Assembly (NCBI GenBank): GCA_963774225.1
Contig: CAVZEA010000005.1
Coordinates: forward strand, 96,535-160,534
Origin: an uncultured Thermoleophilia bacterium
Lineage (GTDB): Bacteria; Actinomycetota; Thermoleophilia; Gaiellales; Gaiellaceae
Length of the DNA: 64,000 nucleotides
Reading direction: 5' to 3'
How positions within the stretch are numbered: position 1 is the first letter of the stretch; each line of letters starts with the position of its first letter. A program made the translations under genes and the position numbers. A model generated the notes under the pieces. The model was not told where the DNA came from. It saw nothing but the letters and a program-made list of their open reading frames with translations, and searched no databases. Shown here one piece after another: positions 56,041-64,000 of the stretch.

Positions 56041-57183
56041 ATGGATCTCTACGAGTACCAGGGCAAGCAGCTCTTCGCGCAGTTCGGAATACCTGTGTCT
56101 GAGGGACGCGTCGCGATGACGCCGGAGGAGGCGCGCGCGGTCGCCGAGGAGCTCGGCGGGCCCGTCGTCGTCAAGGCGCAGGTGCTGACGGGCGGGCGCG
56201 GCAAGGCGGGCGGTGTGAAGCTCGCGGACGACCCCACCGACGCCGAGGAGAAGGCCCGCGGCATCATCGGGCTCGACATCAACGGTCACGTCGTGCGCAC
56301 GCTCTGGCTCGAGCGCGCGTCGGATATCGCCAAGGAGTACTACCTCTCGATCACGTTCGACCGCGGCGCGAAGAAGCCGCTCTTCATGTTCACGACGCAG
56401 GGTGGCGTCGAGATCGAGGAGGTTGCGGCGAACAATCCAGACGCGCTCGTGCGCCTCCATGTCGATCCGCTCGAGGGCTACCAGCCCTGGATCGCGCGTC
56501 GCCTCGTGTACGGCGCCGGCATCGAGGACCCGAGCGAGCAGAAGCAGATCGCGGCGATCGTGGAGAAGCTCTATCGCTGCTTTGTCGAGTGCGACGCGAT
56601 GCTCACCGAGATCAACCCGTTGATCGTGACGCCCGACGGCGAGGTGAAGGCGCTCGATTCGAAGTTCACGGTCGACGACAGCGCGCTGTACCGACACGCC
56701 GACATTGCCGGTTTCCGCGACACGAGTGCCGCCGACCCGCTCGAGGCGCTCGCGCGCGAGAAGGGCGTCACCTACGTGAAGCTCGACGGTTCCGTCGGGA
56801 TCCTCGGGAACGGCGCGGGACTCTCGATGTCGACGGTCGACGTGGTCGTCGTCGCAGGTGGGAAGCCGGCGAACTTCTGCGACCTCGGCGGCGGCGGAAA
56901 CGCGCAAGGAGTCGTCGATGCGCTCGAGGTGATCACCGCTGACCAGCAGGTCAAGTCGATCTTCTTCAACATCTTCGGTGGGATCACGCGCTGCGACGAG
57001 GTCGCACGCGGCATCCTCGAGGCACTTGACCGGATGCAGATCAAGACGCCGATGGTCGTTCGTCTCGACGGGACGAATGCCGAAGAGGGCAGGCGCATCT
57101 TGGCGGATGCCGCCTTGGCGAACGTGCACGTCGAGCCGACGATGCTCGATGCGGCGCGCCGCGCCGTCGAGCTCGCCGCATGA
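56041..57183 (+). CDS. sucC: succinate--CoA ligase beta subunit
   Basis: MDLYEYQGKQLF, ATP-grasp, 380 aa. Confidence 0.95.
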   Translation: MDLYEYQGKQLFAQFGIPVSEGRVAMTPEEARAVAEELGGPVVVKAQVLTGGRGKAGGVKLADDPTDAEEKARGIIGLDINGHVVRTLWLERASDIAKEYYLSITFDRGAKKPLFMFTTQGGVEIEEVAANNPDALVRLHVDPLEGYQPWIARRLVYGAGIEDPSEQKQIAAIVEKLYRCFVECDAMLTEINPLIVTPDGEVKALDSKFTVDDSALYRHADIAGFRDTSAADPLEALAREKGVTYVKLDGSVGILGNGAGLSMSTVDVVVVAGGKPANFCDLGGGGNAQGVVDALEVITADQQVKSIFFNIFGGITRCDEVARGILEALDRMQIKTPMVVRLDGTNAEEGRRILADAALANVHVEPTMLDAARRAVELAA

Positions 57184-57840
57184 GCAAAGACGTCTGGGAC
57201 GAGCGCGCGGAGCGCTACCGCACCTCGGCAGTGCATGCGGGCGGGCCGGATCTCGACCTCGTGGTGGAGCTCTGCGATCCGAAGCCGGGCGTGAAAGTGC
57301 TTGACGTCGCGACCGGCGGCGGCCACGTAGCGCGCCGCCTCCGCGAGGCCGGCGCGGAGGTTGTGACGGTCGACCCGTCGCCCGGCATGCGCGCGGATGT
57401 CATGGCGCCGGCCGAGGATCTTCCGTTCGCGGACGGCTCCTTCGACGTCGTCGTGAACCGGCTGGCCGCGCATCACTTCCACTCGATCGGCGCGGCGATC
57501 GGCGAGTTCGCGCGGATCACCAACAGCCTTGTCGTGATCGAGGATCACCACTACACCGACGAGGAGACCGAGGCCGCGGAGAAGCTGCGCGACCCGCAGT
57601 CACGTGCGCTCGCTCTCCGAAGAGGAGTGGCGCGAGCTGCTCACTGATGCCGGGCTCGAGGTCGAGCGCGTCGAGTACCACGACATGACGCTCGCGTTCG
57701 ACGACTGGCTCGACCGCACCGATACGCCCGACGCCGATCGCCCGCGCATCCGCGAGCTGCTGCGTCCGCTCTCGAGCGCGGATGGAGAGAGCTGGACGTC
57801 GCCGATGATCATCCTCGAGGCGCGGAAGTCGCAGCGATGA
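57180..57840 (+). pseudogene. class I SAM-dependent methyltransferase (paralog 1), +1 frameshift near 57597
   Basis: VLDVATGGGHVA motif I, DGSFDVVV. ORF 57604.. continues HVRSLSEEEW in register with paralog 2. Confidence 0.75.
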
Positions 57841-58494
57841 AGAACGTCTGGGATAACCGCGCGGAGGCGTATCGCACGTCGGTCACGCATGCGACCGACG
57901 CCGACCTCGATCTCGTCGTCGCGCTGTGCGAGCCGGCGCCGGGCAGGACGGCGCTCGACGTCGCGACGGGTGGCGGTCACGTCGCGCGCCGACTGCGCGC
58001 GGAAGGAATGGAAGTGACGACCGCAGACGCGTCGGCGGGCATGGAGCCCGACGTCGTGTGTCCTGCGGAGAAGCTGCCGTTCGCCGACGGCTCATTCGAC
58101 GTCGTCGTGCACGCGCATCGCACCGCATCACTTCTCGGACATCCACGCCGCAGTTGCCGAGATGGCAAGGGTTGCAGGGGAATCGGTTGTCATCGAGGAC
58201 ACGCTGTACATCTCGGACGAGCACGAGCTCGCCGAGAAGCTGCGCGACCCGTCGCACGTTCGGAGCTACACCGAGACGGAATGGCTCGCGTTCGTCGCGG
58301 GCGCCGGCCTGGAAGTGGAGAGCGTCGAGCACTTCGTGAAGACGCACGACACCGAGGAGTGGCTCGCGCGCACGGGGTGCGCAAGCGAGACGGCCGAACA
58401 GGTGCGTGCACTGCTCGCGCCGGTCGCGAGCGACGACGGCAGGACGTGGCAGGACACGAAGCTGATCCTCAAGGCCAGGAAAGAAGGCGACTAA
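57837..58494 (+). pseudogene. class I SAM-dependent methyltransferase (paralog 2), +1 frameshift near 58110
   Basis: ALDVATGGGHVA, DGSFDVVV. The shifted frame reads TRIAPHHFSDIHAAVAEMARVAGESVVIED ... (ORF 58162..58494). Confidence 0.75.
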
Positions 58495-59363
58495 TGGCGA
58501 TCATCGTCGACCAGGACACGAAGCTCGTCGTTCAAGGCCTCACCGGTTCGGAAGGGCGCTTCCACGGCCTGCGCAACCGCGCCTACGGGACGAACCTGGT
58601 CGCGGGCGTCACGCCGGGCAAGGGCGGACAGGACGTCGACGGCGTTCCGGTCTACGACACCGTCGCCGAGGCTGTCGCCGAAGCGGGGGCGAACACGTCG
58701 CTGATCTTCGTGCCCGCGCGGTTTGCTCCCGACGCGATCTACGAGGCCGTCGACGCGGGTGTGAAGACGGTCATCTGCATCACCGAGCACGTCCCCGCGC
58801 ACGAGATGCTTCGTGTCTACACGTACGTGCGTCCCAAGGGCGTGACGCTGATCGGGCCGAACTGCCCGGGTGTGCTCTCACCCGGGAAGGCGAATGTCGG
58901 GATCATCCCGGCGGAGGTGTTCCAGCCGGGCTCGATCGGGCTCGTGTCGCGCTCCGGGACTCTCACGTACCAGATCGGCAACGAGCTCGCGCAGCGCGGA
59001 CAGGGCAACTCGACGATCGTCGGCATCGGTGGCGACCCGATCGTCGGCGCAGGCTTCATCGACGTGCTCGAGAAGTTCGAGGCGGATCCGGAGACGAAGT
59101 TCGTCGTGCTCGTCGGTGAGATCGGCGGCGACGAAGAGGAGAAGGCCGCGCGCTGGGTGAGCGAGCACATGTCGACGCCGGTGTTTTCGTACATCGCCGG
59201 CTTCTCGGCGCCGCCGGGGAAGGCGATGGGTCACGCGGGCGCGATCATCTCCGGCTCGTCCGGCACGGCGCAGGCGAAGAAGGACGCGCTCGAAGCGGTC
59301 GGCATCAAGGTCGGCACGACGCCGACCGAGGTCGCAGAGCTCGTCGTCGCTGCCGCGGCCTAG
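58494..59363 (+). CDS. sucD: succinate--CoA ligase alpha subunit
   Basis: MAIIVDQDTKLVVQGLTG, SRSGTLTY, GHAGAII. The ATG overlaps the TAA of the preceding gene (TAATG). Confidence 0.95.
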   Translation: MAIIVDQDTKLVVQGLTGSEGRFHGLRNRAYGTNLVAGVTPGKGGQDVDGVPVYDTVAEAVAEAGANTSLIFVPARFAPDAIYEAVDAGVKTVICITEHVPAHEMLRVYTYVRPKGVTLIGPNCPGVLSPGKANVGIIPAEVFQPGSIGLVSRSGTLTYQIGNELAQRGQGNSTIVGIGGDPIVGAGFIDVLEKFEADPETKFVVLVGEIGGDEEEKAARWVSEHMSTPVFSYIAGFSAPPGKAMGHAGAIISGSSGTAQAKKDALEAVGIKVGTTPTEVAELVVAAAA

Positions 59364-59528
59364 CCGCGCTGAAACGCTCGAGCAGGCATGATCCTGCGAT
59401 GGATCCGGCGACGAGGTAGCGGTTCGGCGCGGCGAGCTGCCGCGCGTTCCTAGGCGCAGTCTTTGGCCGAGGCCCGTCGTGCGGGCTCGGGCCGCTGCGC
59501 GTCACCGCTACGACTCGGAGGTCCAGCA

Positions 59529-59993
59529 ATGAATCGGCAAAACCTCTTCTCCGACGCCTGGGACGGCGACAACGGCGAAGACCGGACTCGGCATCGGATC
59601 TTCTGGCGGCCGGACAACGCCAGGCTCGGGGCAACGTTGTACGAGCTTGGTGCCGGCGCACCCGAACCACGGCTCCACATGCACTTCGGGGCCGAAGAGA
59701 TGTTCTTCGTCCTGAGCGGCCATCCGGTCTTCCGGAACCAAGCTGGGAAAGAGACGCTGGCTCCCGGCGACTTCGTCTTCTGCCCCGAGGGACGGGCCGG
59801 GCTGCACACGTTCAGCAACCCGGGCGACGAGCCGGCTCGGATTCTCGGGATCAGCGGCGGAAGCTTCCCGGACGTCGTTGCCTATCCCGAAGACGGCTAC
59901 GCGTGGGTGGCGACTCGCGATCCCGATCCCGAGCTCCTCGCCCGAGGCGGCGACCCCGGCATCATCGCGCGCTTCGAGATCCCGAAGGAGTAA
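59529..59993 (+). CDS. cupin-domain protein
   Basis: GGAGG RBS. HMHFGAEEMFFVLSGHPVF ... GRAGLHTF. Paralog of 46..492. Confidence 0.65.
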   Translation: MNRQNLFSDAWDGDNGEDRTRHRIFWRPDNARLGATLYELGAGAPEPRLHMHFGAEEMFFVLSGHPVFRNQAGKETLAPGDFVFCPEGRAGLHTFSNPGDEPARILGISGGSFPDVVAYPEDGYAWVATRDPDPELLARGGDPGIIARFEIPKE

Positions 59994-60015
59994 CCGTTCC
60001 GCCTGAGCGACGACC

Positions 60016-60057
60016 GGCAGACACGGAGAGACCGCCGCGCGCGGTCTCTCTGCTGCC
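60016..60057 (+). terminator. GC-rich hairpin downstream of the cupin gene
   Basis: GAGAGACCGC-N5-GCGGTCTCTC flanked by GGCAG/CTGCC. Weak T tail. Confidence 0.35.
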
Positions 60058-60159
60058 GGGATTCAGGGGTAGCCCTCAGGGATGTTCAGGCTGCGCCTCG
60101 ATGTGCGGGGCTCACGCCGTGCCTAGCGTCGAAATCACCACTCGACGAAGGGAGTCAGC

Positions 60160-61035
60160 ATGGCGCGGCGTTCAATCTCTGACGCGCGGATCAGCAAGCG
60201 CCGGCGGCGAGATGTGTTGTTGCTCGGCGCGTTCCTCGCCGCCGTCTTCACCTGCTTCGGCGTGGCCGGCGCAGCGACAAGCCAACCGTTCAAGGTCACC
60301 TCGACACTCGACGGCAAGACCGTGCTTCCGCACCACATCCACTGGTACGCGTACGCCGCCGGCACCAAGGTCAGCACGGTCGACTTTCTCATCGACGGCA
60401 AGCTCCGCTGGACGCAGAAGAAGGCGCCGTACATCTACGGCGACCAGGAAGACAACTTCAAGACCGTCGACCGGGGGTATCTGGTCACCTCGTTCCTGAG
60501 CCCGGGGCTTCATCGCTTCACCGTGCGCGTGACCGCGACAAGCGGTCAGCACGCAGACGACACGATCACAGCGCGCGTCCCGGCGGCGCCCGAACCGGCT
60601 ACCGCCCTCAAGGGCACCTGGGAGCGCACCGTCGACCCGGCCGGAGCGCCCAAGCCCGGCAGTCCGGGGGCGCCGGCCGATACGCCGACCCCGGCAGGCG
60701 TCTACCGGCTCGTTCTCGACAGCCGTTGGATTCAGACGCGCAATCCCGGCACGTTCACCCACGCGAGCGTCGACGCCAATACCGGGCTCGGCTACATCCA
60801 GGACACCGACTGGGTTCCCGGCGCGACGACATTTCAGGTGTGGGGCGCCGTCAGCTGGCGACCGTTCAGTGACTACCTCGCCGAAGAGGGAACCTGGTGT
60901 CTCCCGTGGGGCGGCCCGCAGGCGACCTACCACTGGTCGGTCTCCGGCAACACGCTGACCCTCACCCCGGCCGGCAGCGACCCGTGCCGAGTCCGAGAGT
61001 TCGTCTGGGCGGGAGAATGGACTCGAGTCGGCTAG
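60160..61035 (+). CDS. secreted or membrane-anchored hypothetical protein
   Basis: GGGAG RBS. Basic N-terminus plus hydrophobic segment VLLLGAFLAAVFTCFGVAGA. Pro-rich linker. Confidence 0.6.
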   Translation: MARRSISDARISKRRRRDVLLLGAFLAAVFTCFGVAGAATSQPFKVTSTLDGKTVLPHHIHWYAYAAGTKVSTVDFLIDGKLRWTQKKAPYIYGDQEDNFKTVDRGYLVTSFLSPGLHRFTVRVTATSGQHADDTITARVPAAPEPATALKGTWERTVDPAGAPKPGSPGAPADTPTPAGVYRLVLDSRWIQTRNPGTFTHASVDANTGLGYIQDTDWVPGATTFQVWGAVSWRPFSDYLAEEGTWCLPWGGPQATYHWSVSGNTLTLTPAGSDPCRVREFVWAGEWTRVG

Positions 61036-61048
61036 TAGCCGCGGGTCG

Positions 61049-62062
61049 CTACGCGAGCGAGTGCGAGCGGCGACCTACGAAAGAGACGTCGTGCCCGCGG
61101 GCGTTCGCGGCCTCGAGCTCCTGCTCGTCCAGTGCGCCGATGCGCAGCAGGAGCTCGAGCTCGTCGCGTAGGTGCGTGCGCATCATCTCTGGGCCGTCAG
61201 TCGCGATCGTGAACGGCACGCCCGCATCGACGAACGCGCGGAACGTGGCGCGCACGGCCGCCTCGTCGGCGAGCGCTTTCGTCAACAGGTTCGACGTCGG
61301 ACAGATCTCGAGCGTGATGTCCGCCTCGCGGATTGCCTCCATGAGGCCCGGATCGCGCGCCGCGAGGATGCCGTGCCCGAGACGGTCGGGCTGCAGTGAC
61401 TCGACCACTTCGCCGATCTCCTCCACGCCGTAAGCGCCGCCTTCCTCGCCGACGTGAATCGTCACGCCGAGGCCGCCGTCGCGCGCCAGCTCGACGTGCT
61501 CGCGGATCTGCGTGTAGTCGTACCTCGCGCCGCCCGGCCTCGGGCCTGCGATGTCGATGCCGACGACACCTCGTGAGCGGTACCGCAGTGCCTTCTCGAC
61601 GATTACCATGTTCTGGTCGGCCGTGAACGTGCGGTCCATCATCAGGATCAGCCCGGCTCGCACCTGCGGGTACTCCAGCGAGGCGAGGTCGAGACCGCGC
61701 ACTGCCGCGAGGATGATGTGATCGAGATCGCGCTCGCCGCCCCGATTGCGCTTCATCGGGTTGAAACGCAGCTCGAGCGTCGTGATCTGCTGCGAGCGAT
61801 ACGCGCCGCCGATCGCAGCGTGCACGCTTCGCTCCACCGCGAGCGGCGAGCTCTGGATCAGCTCCGTCAGGTGGTAGATGCGGTCGAGCGAATCGAGATC
61901 CGGCACGCCCCGCGGGTCCGACACCGTGACGAGCCGGTCGAACTCCCAGTAGTCGCGCGTCGGCAAGGCGATCCCCTGCTCGTGCGCGAGGCTCCACATG
62001 ATGTCGGAGGCGACCGAGCCGCCGAGATGGGTGTGCAGCTCGGCGAGGCCCTTCTCGAACAT
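61049..62062 (-). CDS. add: adenosine deaminase family protein
   Basis: ELHTHLGGS, HVGEE, ATDGP metal- and substrate-binding motifs. 337 aa. Confidence 0.85.
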   Translation of the reverse strand: MFEKGLAELHTHLGGSVASDIMWSLAHEQGIALPTRDYWEFDRLVTVSDPRGVPDLDSLDRIYHLTELIQSSPLAVERSVHAAIGGAYRSQQITTLELRFNPMKRNRGGERDLDHIILAAVRGLDLASLEYPQVRAGLILMMDRTFTADQNMVIVEKALRYRSRGVVGIDIAGPRPGGARYDYTQIREHVELARDGGLGVTIHVGEEGGAYGVEEIGEVVESLQPDRLGHGILAARDPGLMEAIREADITLEICPTSNLLTKALADEAAVRATFRAFVDAGVPFTIATDGPEMMRTHLRDELELLLRIGALDEQELEAANARGHDVSFVGRRSHSLA

Positions 62063-62149
62063 CCGTCGACTCTAGCGACTGGCAGGGCGGGCGCCCGCGA
62101 CCCGCGTCGGCGAACTGTCGCCGCGGGGCCGCCGTTAGAGTCACCGACG

Positions 62150-63358
62150 GTGGGTCGCCCGACACCCGAACGCCTGCAACGACTTCCGGAGCAGTATTTC
62201 GTCGCCCTGCTCGGGCGCGTCGCCGCCGCGGCCGCCGAGGGCGGGCCGCCGCTCGTCGATCTGGGGCGCGGCAACCCCGAGCTCGGCCCGCCGTCGCACG
62301 TCGTCGACGCGCTCGTCGAGAGCGCACGGGATCCCGGGGTCCACGGCTACGCGCCGATCCGAGGGTTGCGCGAGACCAAAGAGGCGCTCGCCGGTCGTTA
62401 TCGCGACGTCTACGGCGTCGAGCTCGACCCCGAACGCGAGATCGCGCTCGTGCCTGGGACCAAGACCGCGATCGTCGAGCTCGCGCTCTCGCTCGCCGAC
62501 GAGGGCGGGACGATCCTGCTGCCCGACCCGTACTACCCCGACTACCCGTCCGGGCCCGCGCTCGCAGGCGCACGCATCGAGACGGTGACCCTCGAGGCGT
62601 CGGCAGGCTGGGCTCCCGACCTCGACGCCGCGCCGGCCGCAGCAGCGCTGTACCTCAACTACCCGTCGAACCCGTGCGCGGTCTGCGCGCCCGACGGTGT
62701 CTTCGCCGACGCGGTTCGCTGGGCGGAGCGCACGGGCGGCGCGGTCGTGCACGACGCCGCGTACTGCGACCTCGTCTACGACGGGCGGCGCCCGCAGAGC
62801 TTCCTCGCGACACCGGGTGCGAAAGACATCGGCGTCGAGATGTGGTCGATGTCGAAGACGTACGGCATGGCGGGCTGGCGCATCGGCTTCGTCGTCGGCA
62901 ACGCGGAGATCGTCGAGCGCATCAACCTGTTGAACGACCACAAACGCGTCGGCATCTTCGAGCCGCTGCAGCGCGCAGCGATCGCCGCGCTGACCGGACC
63001 GCAGGAATCGGTCGCCGACCGCGTCGCGGGCTACGAGCGGCGCCGGGACGTCGTTGCCGCTGCGCTGCCCGGGCCGGTCGTCTGCGAGGGGACCTTCTTC
63101 GTCTGGCTCCGGCTGCCGGAAGAGCTGGGTGCGGCAGACCTGCTCCTCGAGCATCGCGTAGCCGTCGCTCCCGGCGAGGGCTTCGGGCCGAGCGGCGCCG
63201 GCTGGGCGCGAATCTCGCTCGCAGTCGGTGACGACACGATCGAGCTCGGCGCCGACCGCCTTGCGGCGGCATTCGCGTCGACAACAGCCGGCGGCGTAGG
63301 CTCGACGGAGCCGCCCAAGAGCGCAGGTGCCGGCTTTGCCGGCGCCGGAGCACAATGA
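62150..63358 (+). CDS. class I/II pyridoxal-phosphate aminotransferase
   Basis: NYPSNP, SMSKTYGMAGWRIGF. GTG 62150 assumed, within ORF 61718..63358. Confidence 0.85.
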   Translation: MGRPTPERLQRLPEQYFVALLGRVAAAAAEGGPPLVDLGRGNPELGPPSHVVDALVESARDPGVHGYAPIRGLRETKEALAGRYRDVYGVELDPEREIALVPGTKTAIVELALSLADEGGTILLPDPYYPDYPSGPALAGARIETVTLEASAGWAPDLDAAPAAAALYLNYPSNPCAVCAPDGVFADAVRWAERTGGAVVHDAAYCDLVYDGRRPQSFLATPGAKDIGVEMWSMSKTYGMAGWRIGFVVGNAEIVERINLLNDHKRVGIFEPLQRAAIAALTGPQESVADRVAGYERRRDVVAAALPGPVVCEGTFFVWLRLPEELGAADLLLEHRVAVAPGEGFGPSGAGWARISLAVGDDTIELGADRLAAAFASTTAGGVGSTEPPKSAGAGFAGAGAQ

Positions 63359-64000
63359 AGATCGGGATCGTGGTCCCGTTCTCGTGGTCGTACTGGGGTG
63401 GGGTCGTCGAGCACTCGGAGCACCAGGCGGATGCGCTCCGCCGGCGTGGTCACGACGTGAAGGTGCTGATGGGCAACGATCCGCCTGGAAGGCTCACGCG
63501 CTTCCTGCACCCGCGCACCGGCCGGCACGGCACGCTGCCCGACGGGATCATCCCGGTCGGACGGTCTGTCGTCGTGCCGGCGAACGGCTCGCTTCCGAAC
63601 ATCATCCTCTCGCCGCGGTCGATCGGCCGCATCAGGTCGATCCTTGCGGAGGAGCGCTTCGACGTCGTGCACCTCCATGAGCCGATGACTCCGGCGGTGT
63701 GCGTCGCGACGCTCTCGCTCGCGCAGTGCCCGATCGTCGTCACACATCACGCACATGGCAACCTCGGCTGGATGCGCGGAGCGATGCACTTCTGGGGTTT
63801 CCTGATGGATCGGGTCGATGCGCGCATCGCCGTCTCGCCGATGGCGGCCGAGTCGGCAGCGCGGTGGCTGCCCGGCGACTACCGCGTCATCCCGAACGGC
63901 GTTCTCATCCCGGATGAGGCGGAGCCGGCGAACCGCGACGACACGGTCGTCTTCATCGGCCGACACGACCCGCGCAAGGGGCTGTCGGTCCTGTTGCGCG
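63355..64000 (+). CDS. GT4-family glycosyltransferase (PimA-like), 5' partial; runs off the window
   Basis: Not in the ORF track (no stop). Hand translation: MKIGIVVPFSWSYWGGVVEHSEHQADALRRRGHDVKVL ... VVHLHEP ... FIGRHDPRKG. ATGA overlap. Confidence 0.8.
   Translation, partial: MKIGIVVPFSWSYWGGVVEHSEHQADALRRRGHDVKVLMGNDPPGRLTRFLHPRTGRHGTLPDGIIPVGRSVVVPANGSLPNIILSPRSIGRIRSILAEERFDVVHLHEPMTPAVCVATLSLAQCPIVVTHHAHGNLGWMRGAMHFWGFLMDRVDARIAVSPMAAESAARWLPGDYRVIPNGVLIPDEAEPANRDDTVVFIGRHDPRKGLSVLLR

Noticed and set aside
57837-59363. Single 508-aa ORF spanning methyltransferase 2 and sucD. The 950-aa ORF 54277..57129 is a similar case.
   Set aside because: The middle portions are Arg-rich out-of-frame or antisense read-through. 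The conserved parts resolve into separate genes with their own start codons.
59464-59492. Hairpin GGCCGAGGCCCG-N5-CGGGCTCGGCC after sucD as a terminator.
   Set aside because: It has a bulged stem, no T-tract on either strand, and lies inside the upstream extension of the cupin ORF. The evidence is too weak.

Overview
This is a high-G+C (about 70% by eye), densely packed chromosomal segment with Actinobacteria-like gene content (CarD, ClpC1-type ClpC, DUF2469, PimA-like GT4). No rRNA, CRISPR array, transposase or integrase was seen. There is one tRNA, tRNA-Thr(UGU) at 47062..47134.

Most of the window is the conserved Gram-positive housekeeping block. The order is tilS-hpt-ftsH-(CMD)-folP-folB-folK-DUF2469-coaX ... 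dus(-)-greA-GNAT-lysS-clpC-(three M29 aminopeptidases)-radA-carD-ispD-HAD-ispF ... gltX-like-cysS-rlmB-yacP-sigH. The flanks carry acyl-CoA metabolism genes (two acyl-CoA dehydrogenases, SDR, thioesterase, acyl-CoA carboxylase alpha and beta subunits), sucCD, an ABC-2 exporter, a GGDEF/HD-GYP protein, pgsA, dinB, deoD, cobB, add and an aminotransferase-GT4 pair. Many adjacent genes overlap by 4 nt (ATGA or GTGA), which supports the operon calls.

Main observations:
1. Thirteen conserved genes are each interrupted by a net +1 nt insertion and none by a deletion. A consensus or sequencing artefact is suspected.
2. A sequence-conserved hairpin plus T-tract element occurs six times, and in five copies it contains the upstream gene's TAA stop.
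3. Two paralogous methyltransferase genes lie between sucC and sucD.
4. Three M29 aminopeptidase paralogs sit in tandem with overlapping junctions.
5. A Bacillus Spo0H-type sigma factor follows yacP.
6. CarD carries an AKKP-rich, histone-H1-like C-terminal tail.
7. An orphan RES-domain gene has no Xre partner.
8. An orphan RHH gene abuts a 26-bp perfect palindrome.

The many long ORFs antisense to these genes are treated as high-GC shadow ORFs. Product calls rest on motifs I recognise by eye and on remembered family signatures; no searches were run.
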